Below are positions 35,943 through 49,699 of a stretch of 64,000 nucleotides of DNA, piece by piece. Source of the DNA: Vicugna vicugna (Eukaryota); the NCBI GenBank assembly GCA_013265495.1, contig MU058667.1, positions 1 through 64,000 of the forward strand. The letters are read 5' to 3'. How positions within the stretch are numbered: position 1 is the stretch's first letter; the number at the start of each line of letters is the position of its first letter. The position numbers and the translations under genes are program-made. The notes under the pieces are model-generated. The model saw only the letters and a program-made list of their open reading frames with translations. It ran no database searches and had not been told where the DNA came from.

Positions 35943-38065
35943 ATCTTGCTGTGAGGATTCAATGAAAGAGTCCCCATAAAGTGCTTTGCCAGAGGCCTGA
36001 CCGAGAGCAAGTGTTCAAACAATAAGACTGTTCCTATTAACCACCGGAAAAAGTAGGTACTGTTGGTATCTCCACTCTTACAGACGAAGACATTGCTCTT
36101 TAGAGAGGTTAAGTAGTTCCCCCAAGATCACTCTGTATGAAAATTCAAGATGGATTTCAAATCCAGTTACGACTGACTTCAAAAGTGCGCTCATCCTTAT
36201 TAGGCTAACCCTGTCTTCTTTCAAGAAATCATTCTGGAGACCATCCAAATGCAGTAGCTAGAGGAAGGGCCGCGACTGGGTTGTTGGAGCAAACGCAAGA
36301 CCAGCCTGGCTCGGCAGTGAACTACAAGTGAGCGGCAGCTGCGCCCGCTATGTGAAACAGCAAACGGGAAACAACCAGAAGGGGACCAAATGACAGCCAG
36401 GAAAAAACCCCAGAATCCTGGAGGAGGTTCTGGGAGAGAACCCAGGGCCGTCCCAAGAGGAAGATTTCATAGTACCAGAGACAATGTGAGGGAGCAGGTA
36501 AGAATGTTCAAGAAATATTCCCTGCAGAGGACTTGGAACGTATCTTTACAGAAGCATCTGAAAAAGCCAAGTATCCCTGGCACCCACTGTAAAAACTAAG
36601 CAAACAATACAACAAAGGTCCCTGAACCAGGAGTCAAATTTAATTCCCCACATAATACTGGGCACCTATCTACACAATCCCTGTCTCCGAGGAGCTCACA
36701 GTGGGCGTACTGGGAGTGGAAAGGATTCAGGTGCATGAAGGAAACAACTGACTTACACAGTGCAGCTGAGTGTCAGGTTAGTAGAAAGACTCAGCTGCCG
36801 CAGACAGTGTGATTAATTCTGCCCGGGAAACCCTCGAAGGCTTTACGGAGGTGACATTTGAACAGGACCTTTGAGGGTAACAGGGCACTCTGCAGTCAAG
36901 GAGAATTTTTAGAGACTAGACTATGTTTTAAGGGGAAGAAAAGGCACATGCCATCGTTTGCTTTTCTCCAGGACTAATCACTGCATTGTCTTGTAATAGA
37001 TAAGGAGCACTTGGTGTTCCCTGTATTTCAACAATGGGGGGGGTCACTATAAATCCAAGCACTTCACACTTTGAAAAGCTTGTCCTGGGCAAAAGAAATG
37101 GTCCTTTGAGTTCACGTGTCATGAAAGCCGACAGGCGTGACATGTGTGTGGCGAAGGCAGCATAGATCAGTGGAGCGACATGGAGGAAACAGATGTTCTG
37201 CTGTGTTCTGAGCGACTGGGGACCATTCCTGAGAGACTGCTGAGAGATCGCTCCGTCACTTCTGAGCCATGCTCCCCCTAAGACGTAAAGGAGAGCCCCA
37301 CCTGTGAGCCCTGGTGGCAGCGTTTGTGTCTAGACCACAGGAATTCTAACCTCAGGCTCTGACACCGGGCCATTTGAAACCAAACCGAGAAGGTAGCTTC
37401 ATGCTGACAGCACGGTTACCAACCAGATGCGTTGAAGCCGGAGGATCTCACTGCATTGCCTCAGAAGGAAGAGTTTTCTAATTCCCTGTGCTGCCTAACA
37501 GATGGCAGGTTTGCACTTGGGAAACATCTGCCGCCAGGATGAAGTAATGTCTTTGAGCAGCTACGGTCTCATTATGTTTAATGATTATTGATGTGATTCA
37601 CTGATGCACCTTAGAAAGCCCTGGTGACTCATGGTGGGGATTGCGCCTGTCCTAATCTTTGGGGAGGGAAGTTTTAAGGAATTCAAAGGAAGTGGAAATG
37701 ATACTTTCAGCCCATCTCCATTAATAACTAGCTGGGCTAAGTGGCCTTTGACAAGTCCTTCAGTTGCTCAGACAAGCTTGTTGTGAAGAGTGGGTACCGC
37801 TGGGCCCTCAGGCTTTTATACAGGAGGGGTGGATGTCGGCACACCGGCGCAGTAAGCTCCTCCCTTGCCGTCAGACCAGGCCTCTCAGACACCCAGGGAC
37901 CGGGGCAGTTTCGGCCCCTTCTGCCTGGAACTCTGGGGAACAGGCTGAACAGCCAGACAGCATCACCTGTCACTCTGAGGCTTATCCATCAGACACGTTA
38001 AACCCTGCATACGACCCTCCGGTGACAGAAATCTCCCTCCCCTCTTTAAGTCTTTTCTCTGACAT

Positions 38066-38236
38066 GCAGTGGTTCTGCCCTTAGAATCATCTGGAGAGCT
38101 TTTAAAAAATACCAGTGTCAAGGGCCCAATCCCAGAGATTTAGATTAATTGGTCTGAGATGGGGCCTGGGAAATCCTCTCTTTTTTTAAAAACTCTCCAG
38201 ATGAATCCAATGTGCAGCTAGTGTTGAAAACCATTG
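38066..38236. mobile_element. MER5-family MITE
   Basis: CAGTGGTTCT...TTAGAATCATCTGGAGAGCTTTTAAAAAATAC...GTTGAAAACCATTG. Confidence 0.85.
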
Positions 38237-39016
38237 CCCCGAAATTTCATGCCTTTGCATAAAGCAGAATTTTTTAAAATCCAGTTTTATGCCAGAACAA
38301 AATGTGCATCAGTTCCTGGTAACACCACTAACAACAACAACAAAATTATTCACAATAATTGCTTACAGTGTACTGGCTAGCAATTTAGAGTTTACCATCC
38401 TCAACACGGCCTTAGGCTCAACGAGGGAAAGTAGCCAACCAGGAAAACACAGGTTGCACGCTGCAGAGCTTGGTCTAAAACACCCAGCTTTTCTAATTAT
38501 TTGAGCTCAACCCCTTTCACTGTTTCACCCTGGCTCCTAAATGACCAAGGCTGTTTTCAGTTATCAGACTACTGGAGGCCCACGAGACATTCACAGCTGG
38601 CCCTCCAACCACCAGGCTGAATTGGAACATTGAGGTCATTATCTGAGTAATTCAGGCAATGCAGTTTATTTTTCCTGAATTACCTGGATAATTACCTCCA
38701 GCCTAATAAGATGGAAAGAAGCCAGAGCCACATTCTGATGGTTTTACTGCCCCGTCAACAATGCATTCTTATTTTAAAGGTTCCAGTTGGAAGAAATACG
38801 CTGTGAAAGCTTGCATCTTCCTCCTTCGCCACAGGAGACCCCATTCATCACCTGGGTGGTGTGTAATCAGTCAGGCTCCCATGCCTGTTGACTGCACCTC
38901 CAGGCTGAGGGACACAGACGTCCTATTCTCCAAGTCTTTGGGTGTCGTCACCTTGGCTAATGAGGTGACAATGAGGAAGGCTTCTGGGTGTTGGGTGTTG
39001 TTTCTACTTCACGTTC

Positions 39017-39109
39017 TTTTTTTTTTTTTACGTTTATTTAATGGAGGTACTGAGGATTGAACCCAGAACCTCGGAGCACGTGCTCTACCACTGAGCTATC
39101 CCCTCCCCC
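39017..39109 (-). mobile_element. tRNA-Ala-derived camelid SINE (Vic-1-like) with anticodon-arm deletion
   Basis: Reverse strand GGGGAGGGGATAGCTCAGTGGTAGAGCACGTGCTCCGAGGTTCTGGGTTCAATCCTCAGTACCTCC plus A-tail. Confidence 0.85.
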
Positions 39110-39819
39110 ACCGACTTTTCTTGTCTCCTTCCCACACTTCTTTCCCAGACGGCGTCACCAAACGTTCTGCACCCCTTCCTATTTCCCCCAGGTTAGACTT
39201 GGCCTGATGTGGAAAGTGGAGCACCCCATCCCTACAGCAAAGCCCAGCCTTTCACGTCAAGGCTCATGGCCAGAAACTGGAGAATCCATTCCAGCTGAAG
39301 GGACAGGAAGCCCCTGCTTCGGCTGCTCTATCTACCCTGTTAAAACGACCAATGTCTCAGAGGAAGAGGTGTCCATTGTATTCCCCAAGGAGAATTCTTC
39401 TTCCTGGCGCTTGGTCATCCTTCTGGAGGCTCGTTTCATCAGCCATGCCCCCTCCCTCATCTCTCTTCAAGCTTTGCCTTCTATGGGCTCCTTCCATTCT
39501 GCCTACAGATAGCACTACGCCTTCTCCATCCCTGTGAGCAGAAAGCAAGAAAGCCAATGCGATTGGGCGGGAGCCAGGCCACAGCCAGAAGTTGATGGAG
39601 TGACAATATTAGGAGATGGGAAAAAAGAAAAGAGAAGCCAGAAAATGGAGCCTCTTCATTTTGCAATAAAACTAGTTATGACTTTAAAAAAAGACTTTAG
39701 ATCCCGAGTTTGAAAATCATGGCTTTACATCAGATTCCGCTTTGCTATACGGTAACACATAAGATTTAATCAAACAGTTAAATATCTGTTCTACCCAAAA
39801 CAGTCTAGCATTTTGAGAA

Positions 39820-40020
39820 GAGGAATTTTGAATACCACAGACAAAGGTACAAATCCTGGCCCTGCTACTTACCAGCATGTATGACCTTGGGCAAGTCACT
39901 TAACTTATCTGGGTGTCTACTTTCTCATCCATTAAATGGGGCTAATAAATCCGCCTTGCATGGTTATTGTGACATATGAGGCTACTGCATATACAGTGTC
40001 TGTTGTAAGTGTGATGGCAT
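39820..40020 (+). mobile_element. MIR SINE
   Basis: TGACCTTGGGCAAGTCACTTAAC core. Confidence 0.85.
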
Positions 40021-41556
40021 TTATTATTTTAACACTAAACTGAGAGTATTTGGATTTTTCCCCGCATTCATCTTTTTAAACCAAATTTATGGTATTATTA
40101 TATACACACAGCTACAGTTAGCAGAAGGTAAGTCATATTTATGCCAATTATGGGCTCTATACAAAGATGAATTAATAAATGCTTCTGCCTAGTCCAGTCA
40201 TCATTTCAGGCAACTATTGGGACATTTCACAGTCATTTGTATAACGCAGCTAACAGTGCACCTTTCTGAGAAGTAGGTAAGGCGGGGAGGTGGGGACTGG
40301 CTTACGGTAGCAGCAACATAGCTTTTACCCTCTACCTTTGTTTCTTATTCACTTTGGATGAAGGATCTTTTTAGACTCCTTAAAACTTCAAGTAAGTCTC
40401 AGAGACCCCAGTTAAAATGACTGATTACTTTTGTACAGAAAAATCTTTCTTTTTTCCAAATGTAGTTACAGGGCAAATATTTCAGAATGTACATAAGTGA
40501 TGGTATTTTAATAATTTTGCTGAGCCTTAGGGTAGAGTATCACATACTGCTCATTCCTTTCAGTTGGGGGTAGAAAGATGGAGAAGGCAGAGTGGAATGA
40601 CCTACGCGGCCCTCCTGTTCTTTAATAAGGCATTGACCCTTGTCAAGGAAAACACATATACACAAGCACACAAACAAGGACTCCCATTTACCTTATTTTC
40701 AAATTTAAATTATAGTATCCGGTCATTCATCTTTGTCACAATACGCCCAACAGTTTCACAAGAACACGTTTCATAAACAAGCCCTCCTTTCAGCATCACC
40801 AGGAAGGTTAAGGTTTAGATTCTGTGTGACAGAAACCCCTTTATGTAATTCTCCCCCAAACATCTGTTCAGTCTCTCATCAACATCTGTCACCCATTTCT
40901 AGGCTCAGCCCAGACAAAGCTGTTTTTTTTTTTTTTTAACACACTCCATTCCAAATTGTTACCAAGTGATTCCTATTCAGACTGATCTTGCGCAGGGATT
41001 GAGAAGATGTCTTACTGGATCAAATTCATTTTCTACCAATGCGATATCTACCCTGTAGCCTGGGCAAAAACCCAGTGGCTCAGAGAAAGGGAAATTCCTC
41101 ATAACATGCTGACACTTTTCTGACTCAAATTGCTACACTGAAAACTTTGAACTCTCTTCGACCCTTCAGGCTTAGCAAACATTTTCCTATAAGTCCCATA
41201 CACGTGTGTATCTTTAACTTCAGGCCATCATTTACCCTATTCAAGCCCCAGTGGGGTTGCTTTGCAAACTAACTGCAATAAGAACATATGAAATGTTTTC
41301 TAATACTTGACCCGATTGTTTGCATTAAGAAGACAAGAAATGTTGGCTCATTTGGAAAGACAGCACAGTGGTTAAAAGCATGCAGAGAGACCTGAACTGA
41401 AATCTTGGAAGTGTCACCTCTAAGTCAGGTAACCTTGTCACTTTAGTTAGTGATCCTGGGCCCTCAACTGCTAATGGGGAAAATGGGTCCCGCACAGGCT
41501 TACATGCGTTAAAAGGGATATTGCACAGAAGGTGCTCGACCCCGTGCCAACTTCTG

Positions 41557-41591
41557 CCACCATCACCACCATCACCACCACCACCACCATT
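41557..41591. repeat. (CAC/CAT)n trinucleotide microsatellite
   Basis: CCACCATCACCACCATCACCACCACCACCACCAT. Confidence 0.9.
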
Positions 41592-42257
41592 ATTAACATC
41601 ATTGAAGCAGAAGATTAGAAGGGCTTTACCTTACTCTTTTCCTCTCATCATGTCTTTTTTCCTTTCTGTTCAACCAGCGTTCACTGAGTGCCTCTTATGG
41701 GCTCAAATATGTGCCAGACATCAGCATGAAGGAGATAAATTCCTTGTCCTTCAAGGAGCTCTCTTCTTAGTAGAGATCGAGAGACCTACGCTCTACTTCG
41801 AATCAGACCGTGATAAGTGCTACAAAATTACAAGTAAAGCTCCCCACAGATTCTCTGAAGATGTTTTAACATCAAATCTCTGTTTTTCTTATTAGAAGAC
41901 TTTAACTGGGGCTCATCTTACTCAGTAAATTAGGAATTTAAACCCCAGGGCAGAACTTCCATTTCAATGGGAACCTAATGGTTATAATTTAGGTCAATGT
42001 TTATAATGTCAATAGTGCAGTGAGGAGGAGGAGAAGGGTTTTCACCTCTGTTTCCATGGATGTTAAAAAAGATAATAATAAGGAAGCCCCCCAGACTGAA
42101 CCAGATGGAGCAACTGAATCATTCTTTTTTATTCCCTTTTGTGAAGTATAATACAAAGAAGATTTGAGGAAGCTGCCCCGACTCATTAAGGCCAATCTGA
42201 CATCATAAGGGTAACAAATATTAATATCTCTGTACGACATATATCTGTGTCCAAAGA

Positions 42258-42274
42258 TATAGAGAGACAGAGAC

Positions 42275-42310
<36 letters not shown>
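42258..42310. repeat. (GA)n / GAGACA microsatellite
   Basis: Compound GA run. Confidence 0.95.
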
Positions 42311-45300
42311 CTTTTATTGGAGATGAGAGTCCCACAGACTCCACTTTCCATTGAATGTAGTCATGAGGAGAGAGTCTCTTTGGGAACTCCACCCTGCCGG
42401 TACCTTATAGGCTCCTTTTCCACACTATCTGGGGAAAAGGCAAATGGAGCTGAGCAGATCTATAACCCTTCTGCCATCCCATGTCCCCTCAGGGGTCCCT
42501 GGCCTGGGGCCTAAGTTTTGTGTGGGGTATTAGAGTGTCACACTGAGGATGTGACATTATATGCTGAGACCAACGGAAAGAATCTGAGTTCCTTAGCAGA
42601 GTGGGATGGGGTGGGCAGAGACATTCCAGGCAAAGGGACCTGCTTGTAGCGGGGTCGGCACTCCTGATGGTAGTCTGTGGAGGGGAAAATAGCAGAATAC
42701 ACGGGTGGGGAGGGGGTGACTGAGACTGGGATGAATGGACCAGGGGCAGCTGTCTCAGAGGAGAACACACATTTTGTGTTTACGAGGACAATTTCCTAGG
42801 AAGGGGTGAGATCCAAGGCCCATTCTAGAGACCCCCACAAATGCGTTCACCGAGGCTCTCACAGGCCACGTAAGGCCACGTCTTCATGGAAGTTTCACAG
42901 TGTATAAATTGCTCTCCTGTGTTGTATTATCCACGTTACCAGCTGTGTGTCTTTGGATATATTACTTAACTTCTCTGAACCTTCCTTTCCTTACCTCTAA
43001 ATGGAGAAGACAATGCCCACCTCTTTGAGTGTCTGGGAACATTTATGTGCATTGCCTGATGGTAATAAGCACACATCCATTAATTTCTTTGTGGCCCAGA
43101 GTTATTAACTAGGAAGCGATAAGAAATCAAACCCAGGTATCCTGACCACTACAGCACACGTGTTCCAAGACTTCACTCCACTTCCAGGCACACCTGGCAA
43201 AGTACACCCACAAGTCCCAGCCGCGCTGCCACCATGGTTACACATGAAGCTGGGAAGTATTTTTTCCTCACCCTTCCACTCCCACCTACTTCAGCAAACC
43301 CTGGCCCTACGGATCCCTACCCCAACCCCAGCCCCCACCAATGGGGAGCTGAGAAAGGACAATCAAGTCAAGAAAAAATATTACCCCAAGGGAGGCCTTA
43401 GCCGTGAAATAAATTAGGGGAGGGGAAACTAATGACAAGTGACACTAAAAAGACCGGATTTTTCAAGATGTTTTTACTTGTCTTTAAAAAAAAAAATTAC
43501 AAAGGCAAATCAGATAACCAAAGAATGCATGGTTTGTGAGGGAGAAAAGTAGGAAATTGAGTTAGGAAAGGGAAGGGGCTGACTGAACACCACTTTGAAA
43601 ATAGAGATGTTTCTAAATCAGCGGGCCCTAAGGACATGTTTCCTGAGATACTTATAGCCGAACGTATTCCTTTCACTGAAAATCAGCTTAAGACTGGAAT
43701 CTTGTTCCTCCGTTGGTGAGAGCTTTAAAACTTGATTTATTGTTTCCCCCTCCAAGCCCTCCTCAGCTGCCGTCACAGACACTTTGTACTTTGTTTCAGG
43801 GTCTGGAAGCCACATTCTGCCTCCCAGGCAGGACACTTGGTGGGGAGGCAGGTGGAGACGGTGACCTGCACACGTCCAGCACATGCCCAGCTTCTGTGCC
43901 CACCTCACCACGGAGCTCGGGAAAGCAAACGGCCCAGGGCTCCACGCAGGTGTGCAAGGTACACGATGACTCAGGCTGTGTCACGTGTTTTTCTTAAATG
44001 TGTGTCTAATCCATTCTACGCACAGTGTTCAGATATTTTTTAATATAAGCAGACCGTCCTACTTTCCTGCCTACGATCCTTCGGTGACTTTCCGTGTCCC
44101 CAGAAGGAAACTCACACTCTTTACCTGCTGCTACGAGGCCCTGGGGCTCTGGCTCTGAGCCTCCTCGACACACCACTAGTGGTCCCCACCACGACTATGC
44201 CACGGCCGCATGTGCCCGCTGACCTGCTGGCTTCCAGCATACAGTCTACGTCTGTGCCGTTCCCTCTGCCTGGAATCTCTCCCCCTGACTCTGGCTGGCC
44301 AGTGCCCACTCCTTCAAGTCTCAGCATCACAGTCTCTTTCTCAAAGAGGCCTTACCTGCCTCTCTCCCAGTCCAGATTAGGTCCGCTCCTATTTAATCCC
44401 ACAGCAGCCCAGTCTCTTCTTCGTTGGCACTTCTTAAAATTTGCGGAGGTATTGGTCTAACGTCTGGCACGGCAACCCTGAGAGAGGCGGGCGCTGAGCA
44501 CACCTATGTTGTGTGTACGGTATACTAAGAATGGAGCGCAGCTCCTGGCTCAGTCAGGTGTGTGACGGCTGTTTGGAGAATCAGTGAATGGCTGCCTTGA
44601 CAAGAATGACCAGATTGCTCCTGTGGCCAACGAGGAGAGGGTATATGTGGTTGCTGACCAATATTAGCTCAGAACAGAATATCAAATTATGAAAAGTGCC
44701 TGTAACCAAATTGAATTCAAGGCAAAATGGTAGGTTGGCAGACTATCTTCTCCTTCCAACCAAGAAACTGTGCTCAAGGGAGGTCACTGGTCTGAAAAGT
44801 TACAAAAAACGTTGAGAAAAATAAGGCCCATTTTCTAAAACCAGGAAGCCCCTACTCAGAGGTCTCCAGGAGAGCTGGTCAGTTACGTACCTAGTCACAC
44901 AGTCACCCATGTAAGTGCCAAAATGTCCGAATGTGAAGCTGATATTTGAAAGAGAAGCTGCTCGCTTCCAGGGCACCCGGGGCCCGCAGAGCCCCACCCA
45001 CATGGCGCCGCACTTGCCGGTGTGAGCCGGGGAAGCCCGGCTGTTCCCGTAACTAAAGGCAACTTCCACTCATTCCTTTGGTTTTCCACTGATTACGAAA
45101 TATTATCAAGGCATAGCATGTCAAGCCACGGTCATTTATGCAAACCAGGACACTTCCAAGGAAAGGCAGATAAAGAGAGAAACTCATGACTCATGTCTGT
45201 CTCCCTCTATTGAACCAGGACTGGGGGCTCCTTCCAGGCCAGAAACCGGGCATTGCTGGTCTTTGTTTACCTGGAGCCCAGAACAGTGCTGAGCACAGAG

Positions 45301-47603
45301 TAGACCATCAGCTAAGTTCTGCTGGACGCAGACATGAATAACAGATGGACGAGAGTGTGTCCGTGCAATGTGTGGCGTTTCCTTTCACTGAGATGAAGTT
45401 GGCCCTCCAAGTATTCATTTAAGAAGATACCGTACTTTTAACTTGACCTACCTGTGCTCAGACCCCACGGGGACAAACTCAACAATTCCTGGACTCTCCC
45501 TTTCTGTACGCCCAACTTCCCCTGCTCTGTGTAGACTCAGCCTGTCTCCTTGGACAGTATCTCTCAGCTGGAGGCTCCCCTCCCTTTGCACAAGGCATTC
45601 GTACTCAATTTCCCACTTCCTAACAACGGTAACTCAGACTATCTCATTCCCGCCTTTGGCTGACTTGGGTAAGACTCTTCATCCAGGCTTCAGCCACTTC
45701 AGGTCACCTACCTTCCAGCCCAAGCCCTCTGTGAAATTGTAAAGGAGTTGGGTAAGTTGGTTAGATGCCACCATTTGGCAGGTAGCAGACATAGCGTCAC
45801 AGGCCCAGCTATTAAACGATCTCCAGATATAAATGACAAAGGAGAAAAATGTTAGTGCACTTGATGCCACGACTTATGCTTTTTCTGAAAAGACAGTAGA
45901 GAAAACAACCCAAAACAAAATAATATCAAGGCACAGATGGTGCTTACTTGTTTCTGATCTTAACTAATTCCAAACAGGTTCTCTCAACCGCAGTATGCTC
46001 TCAGGCCTGAGTTGGACATTTCTCCCCTTTTCTCCAAGGAAAAAGATGTATGTAATAGTTGTTACGAGCTGGGACTGTGGATTCTGGGAGACCAGTGTGG
46101 AAATTCTGGGTCTACCTCTGAGGAGAGCGAGCAAGCTATGTACCTGTTTCAAGCCTCAGTTTCCTTATTGCCAAGATGCAGAAATAACAACACAGAGGAA
46201 GATTGTTCACTGGGGTGTCTGGGAGCACACCTGGCTGGATGAATGATATTTCCAAAGTTCAGGTATCTCATTTTCAAAACAGCTTTCCCTGCTACCATTT
46301 GATCGAGCTCCATAATTTTTTAGATATATTTCCTCCTCCTCCTTCTCCTCTCTCTCTACCCCACTTTATCTATTATACGGATTAAGAGATGAATGTCTAA
46401 TGTCAATTTTCACAATCACATTTTAAAAATGCAAACGATATGCTATCCACCAAAATATAAACAAATAGGAATTACCCCAGCTTCTGTTTTACAAGGTGAC
46501 TACAATCACCTGTCCTGTTGCACACCATCTGTGGCGGGTGGACTGAGCCTCTCCGACGTGCCCACCAGTCATTTACATGCCAGCCGCATGCACCACCATC
46601 ATACCAAGTGGTTCTTCAATTATTGTGACTTTTCATGGATAGTCTTTTAAAATATTTTTAGAACAATTAAAATGCTTACTTCCAGACCCCCGGGTAAATG
46701 ATCTATTTATTCTCTCTCCCTCATGCCTTTGAAGGGAGGATTAAGAGAGATAAAGCGTGTAAATCACTTGGTGTACAGCTTGGCCCAGGCAGGAATTAAG
46801 GGACTGCTTGAATTGCTAGCTTTTGCTTCTGAAGACCTTTTCTAATAGCTTCAGAGGGAAAACGAATCTGGCTGGAATGATGTGGATCGGGAATAGCTAA
46901 CAGATTCCAATGTGTGTGCCAGCTTGATGGATGGTGGCTACCTGAGTATTAGGAAGGTGGAGGAGCGTTCTGGAGCAGCATTTGGGCCAGCTGGAGTTCT
47001 GTGATCAGTGAGCACTAGCCACCACAGGCATGGTCTGAAGGAGTGACAACACGTATGCTGTGTACTTTCTGTTCTTGATGTTGTTATAAACACACAAGAC
47101 TGAAAGTCAGAAAACCTGGGTTCTAGTCCTGCTCCACCAAGATCTACAACCTCCAATGAACTGACTTAACTCTGGACCGATTTCTTCATCCGCTGCAGTC
47201 CCATCCCGCACTTTGCATCCTAGGAATAGTAAGCCACTTGCCCCTCCCCCTCACAAATTAATCTGTTTTCTATCTCCTTGGCTCAATTCAGGATTGCTCT
47301 TTTTGTTTTGTTTTGCTATTTACGTAAAACATTGTAAATAAAAACATTTTGTAATATGTATAATATGTTATATATAATTTTCTATAGATCGATTGATAGA
47401 TAATTTTGTACATACACCTAGACAAAAAGACTTCACAGCATTGACCTCAGTGCATAGCACAGCACCCGGTGCATTCTAAGTGTACAATCAGTGTCTAGTG
47501 AAAAAAATATAATGACTGAGAAAACTGAAAGAATCAAAATGTCAGCAGTGGTATTAGGGCAACTGTCATTTTTTTATATTTTTCTCTACGGATATGTATT
47601 CTT

Positions 47604-48238
47604 TTATTGTGGTACAAACACTTGACAGAAGATCTAACGTCTTAACCAATTTTAAGGGTTCAGTACAGTATTGTTAACTATAGGCACTGCGGTGTACAGC
47701 AGATCTCTAGAACTAATTCATCTTGCACAACTGAAACTTTGTATCTGTTGAACAGTAACACCCCATCTCCCCCTCCCTCCAACCCCTGGAACCACCATTC
47801 TACTCTCTCCTGCTATGAGTTTAACTATTTTAGATACTACTAAACAGAATCATGCAATATCTGTCCTTCTGTGATTGGCTCATTTTACTTAATAGAAAGT
47901 CCTCAAGTTTCATCCATGTTAGTGCATATGGCAGGACTTCCTTCTTTTTCAAGGCTGAATAGTATTCCACTGTGTGTATATACCACATTTACTTTATCTA
48001 TTCACCCATCAATGGACATTTAGAGTGTTTCCATACCTTGGCTATTGTGAATAATGCTGCAATAAACATAGGAGTGCAAACAACTCTTTGGGATCCTGAT
48101 TCAATTCTTTTGGATAAATACCCAGACGTTGGATTGCTGGATCATTTGATAGTTCTATTTCCATTTTTTGAGGGTACTTGGTACTGTCTTCCATAGTGGT
48201 GCACAATTTTACATTCCCACGAAGACTGTGCAAAGGGA
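47604..48238 (-). mobile_element. L1MA-type 3' end
   Basis: GTACAGTATTGTTAACTATAGGCAC...CAGATCTCTAGAACT...GGCTGAATAGTATTCC; TSD ATATGTATTCTT (47592) / ACATGTATTATT (48239). Confidence 0.92.
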
Positions 48239-48269
48239 ACATGTATTATTAATAATCAAACTATATGCA

Positions 48270-48358
48270 GGGGGGATGGTATATAGCTCAAGTGGTACAG
48301 CACATGCTCAGCATGCATGAGGTCCTGGGTTCAATCCCCAGCACCTCTACTGAAAAAA
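48270..48358 (+). mobile_element. tRNA-Ala-derived camelid SINE (Vic-1-like)
   Basis: A-box TAGCTCAAGTGG, CATGCTCAGCATGCATG, B-box GGTTCAATCCC, short A-tail. Confidence 0.9.
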
Positions 48359-48547
48359 CAGGTGCTATTTCAGCACTATGGAATACTGTGTAATTATTTT
48401 AAAATAATGATTATCGAAATTTTGCAGTCTGTATAATTTGCAGAAACGTGGGAAAATGAAGTAGCATTGGGATGGTAGAATTTAGATAATTTATTGTAAT
48501 TTTTCACTTTCAAAAACTTCAGTGTTTTGTATTCCCCTTGAATACAG

Positions 48548-48680
48548 CGGCATCACTATCAGCCAGCCTCACCCTGGAGCTCGTTAGAAATGCAGAATTT
48601 GGGGCCCTACCTGGAATCTACTGAATCAGAATTTGCATTTTAACAAGATCCCCAAGGGGTTCATATGCACATTATGATTT
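48548..48680. mobile_element. MER5A-like MITE
   Basis: GAGCTCGTTAGAAATGCAGAAT...ACTGAATCAGAATTTGCATTTTAACAAGATCCCC. Confidence 0.85.
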
Positions 48681-49699
48681 ATATTGTCATTATATCAAGA
48701 AAAAACAGATGTTTACTCTTGAGTTTCCTCACTTTGGTCTTTAAACAATCCTGAGTTGCTAACACAGAGGTTGTTATGTCTGTTCTACAGACAAGGTGAC
48801 AAGATTAGAGTTAAGTGACTTCCCCAGGGACCTGCACCATTGAGCGTCTGCATCAGCTCTGAAGCCCAAGTCTCCTGACCCTGAGGCTACATCCAGGCCA
48901 GCCTCATACTACCTGGCCTTGTGTTTATGTGCTAGATCTTCCTACATACAGCCCATGGTAGGCCAGCCACTGTCACTTCTCAAGGCTCAACAGCACAGCC
49001 GATGGTCCACAGGGGCCCCTATTTCAGGAAGACAGGCTGATTTTCCTGAGGGTGAGGCTCAGCGTCTGAGACTTTCCTTGGGGTTGTGGGAGTGGGTGTG
49101 AGCAAGGGAGAGGGCCACCACATGTCAGTTTGAAGCCACTGGACTCTCAGCTACTTCAACCCCACCCATCTTTAGGGGAAGAAACGGGCCCAGAGAGGGG
49201 AAGTGACTTGACCCCAGCAACAGAGCTAGTTAGAATCAGAGCGAGAAGGAGAGGCTGGCCTGGAGGGCAGCCCAGGTATGGGAACACAGGGCAGTATGGC
49301 TGGGAGCACCATGGAGGACCTTCCTCCTCCTTGCCAGGTGGGGTGGAGCAGGGGGAGTCCTGAGCACTCCCTCCAGAACAGGTCTGCTGGAGCCTCCCTC
49401 AATGATGTAACACTGTGTCAGTCATGGACTTGCTCTCACCCAGAGTTCATCCTGCCACTCCATGCTGAGAGGTGCACACCCTCCCTCCCCTGTGTCACAC
49501 ACCTCAAATGCTTTGCCCTCTTCAACTGAGACATAGTGGTCATTTACAAGGTAAGTGTAAAGACATAAAATGCACACTTTAGTTAATATCTGCTAAAAGG
49601 CACAATTTTACTGTATATCCATTGTGCCATGCACTGGGCTATTCATGTATGCTCTTTCCAAAATAGAATTTGAAGACGATCTTCTTCAGAAGAGAAATG

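Noticed and set aside
48270..48358. tRNA-Ala(AGC) gene
   Set aside because: Poor acceptor-stem pairing, an A-tail instead of a T-run terminator, and diverged sister copies (one with a TSD) indicate a SINE.
39180..49556. Additional consensus splice sites (acceptors ~39191 and ~43799; donors ~40128 and 49551)
   Set aside because: Such sites are frequent by chance and could not be assembled into a supported exon chain.
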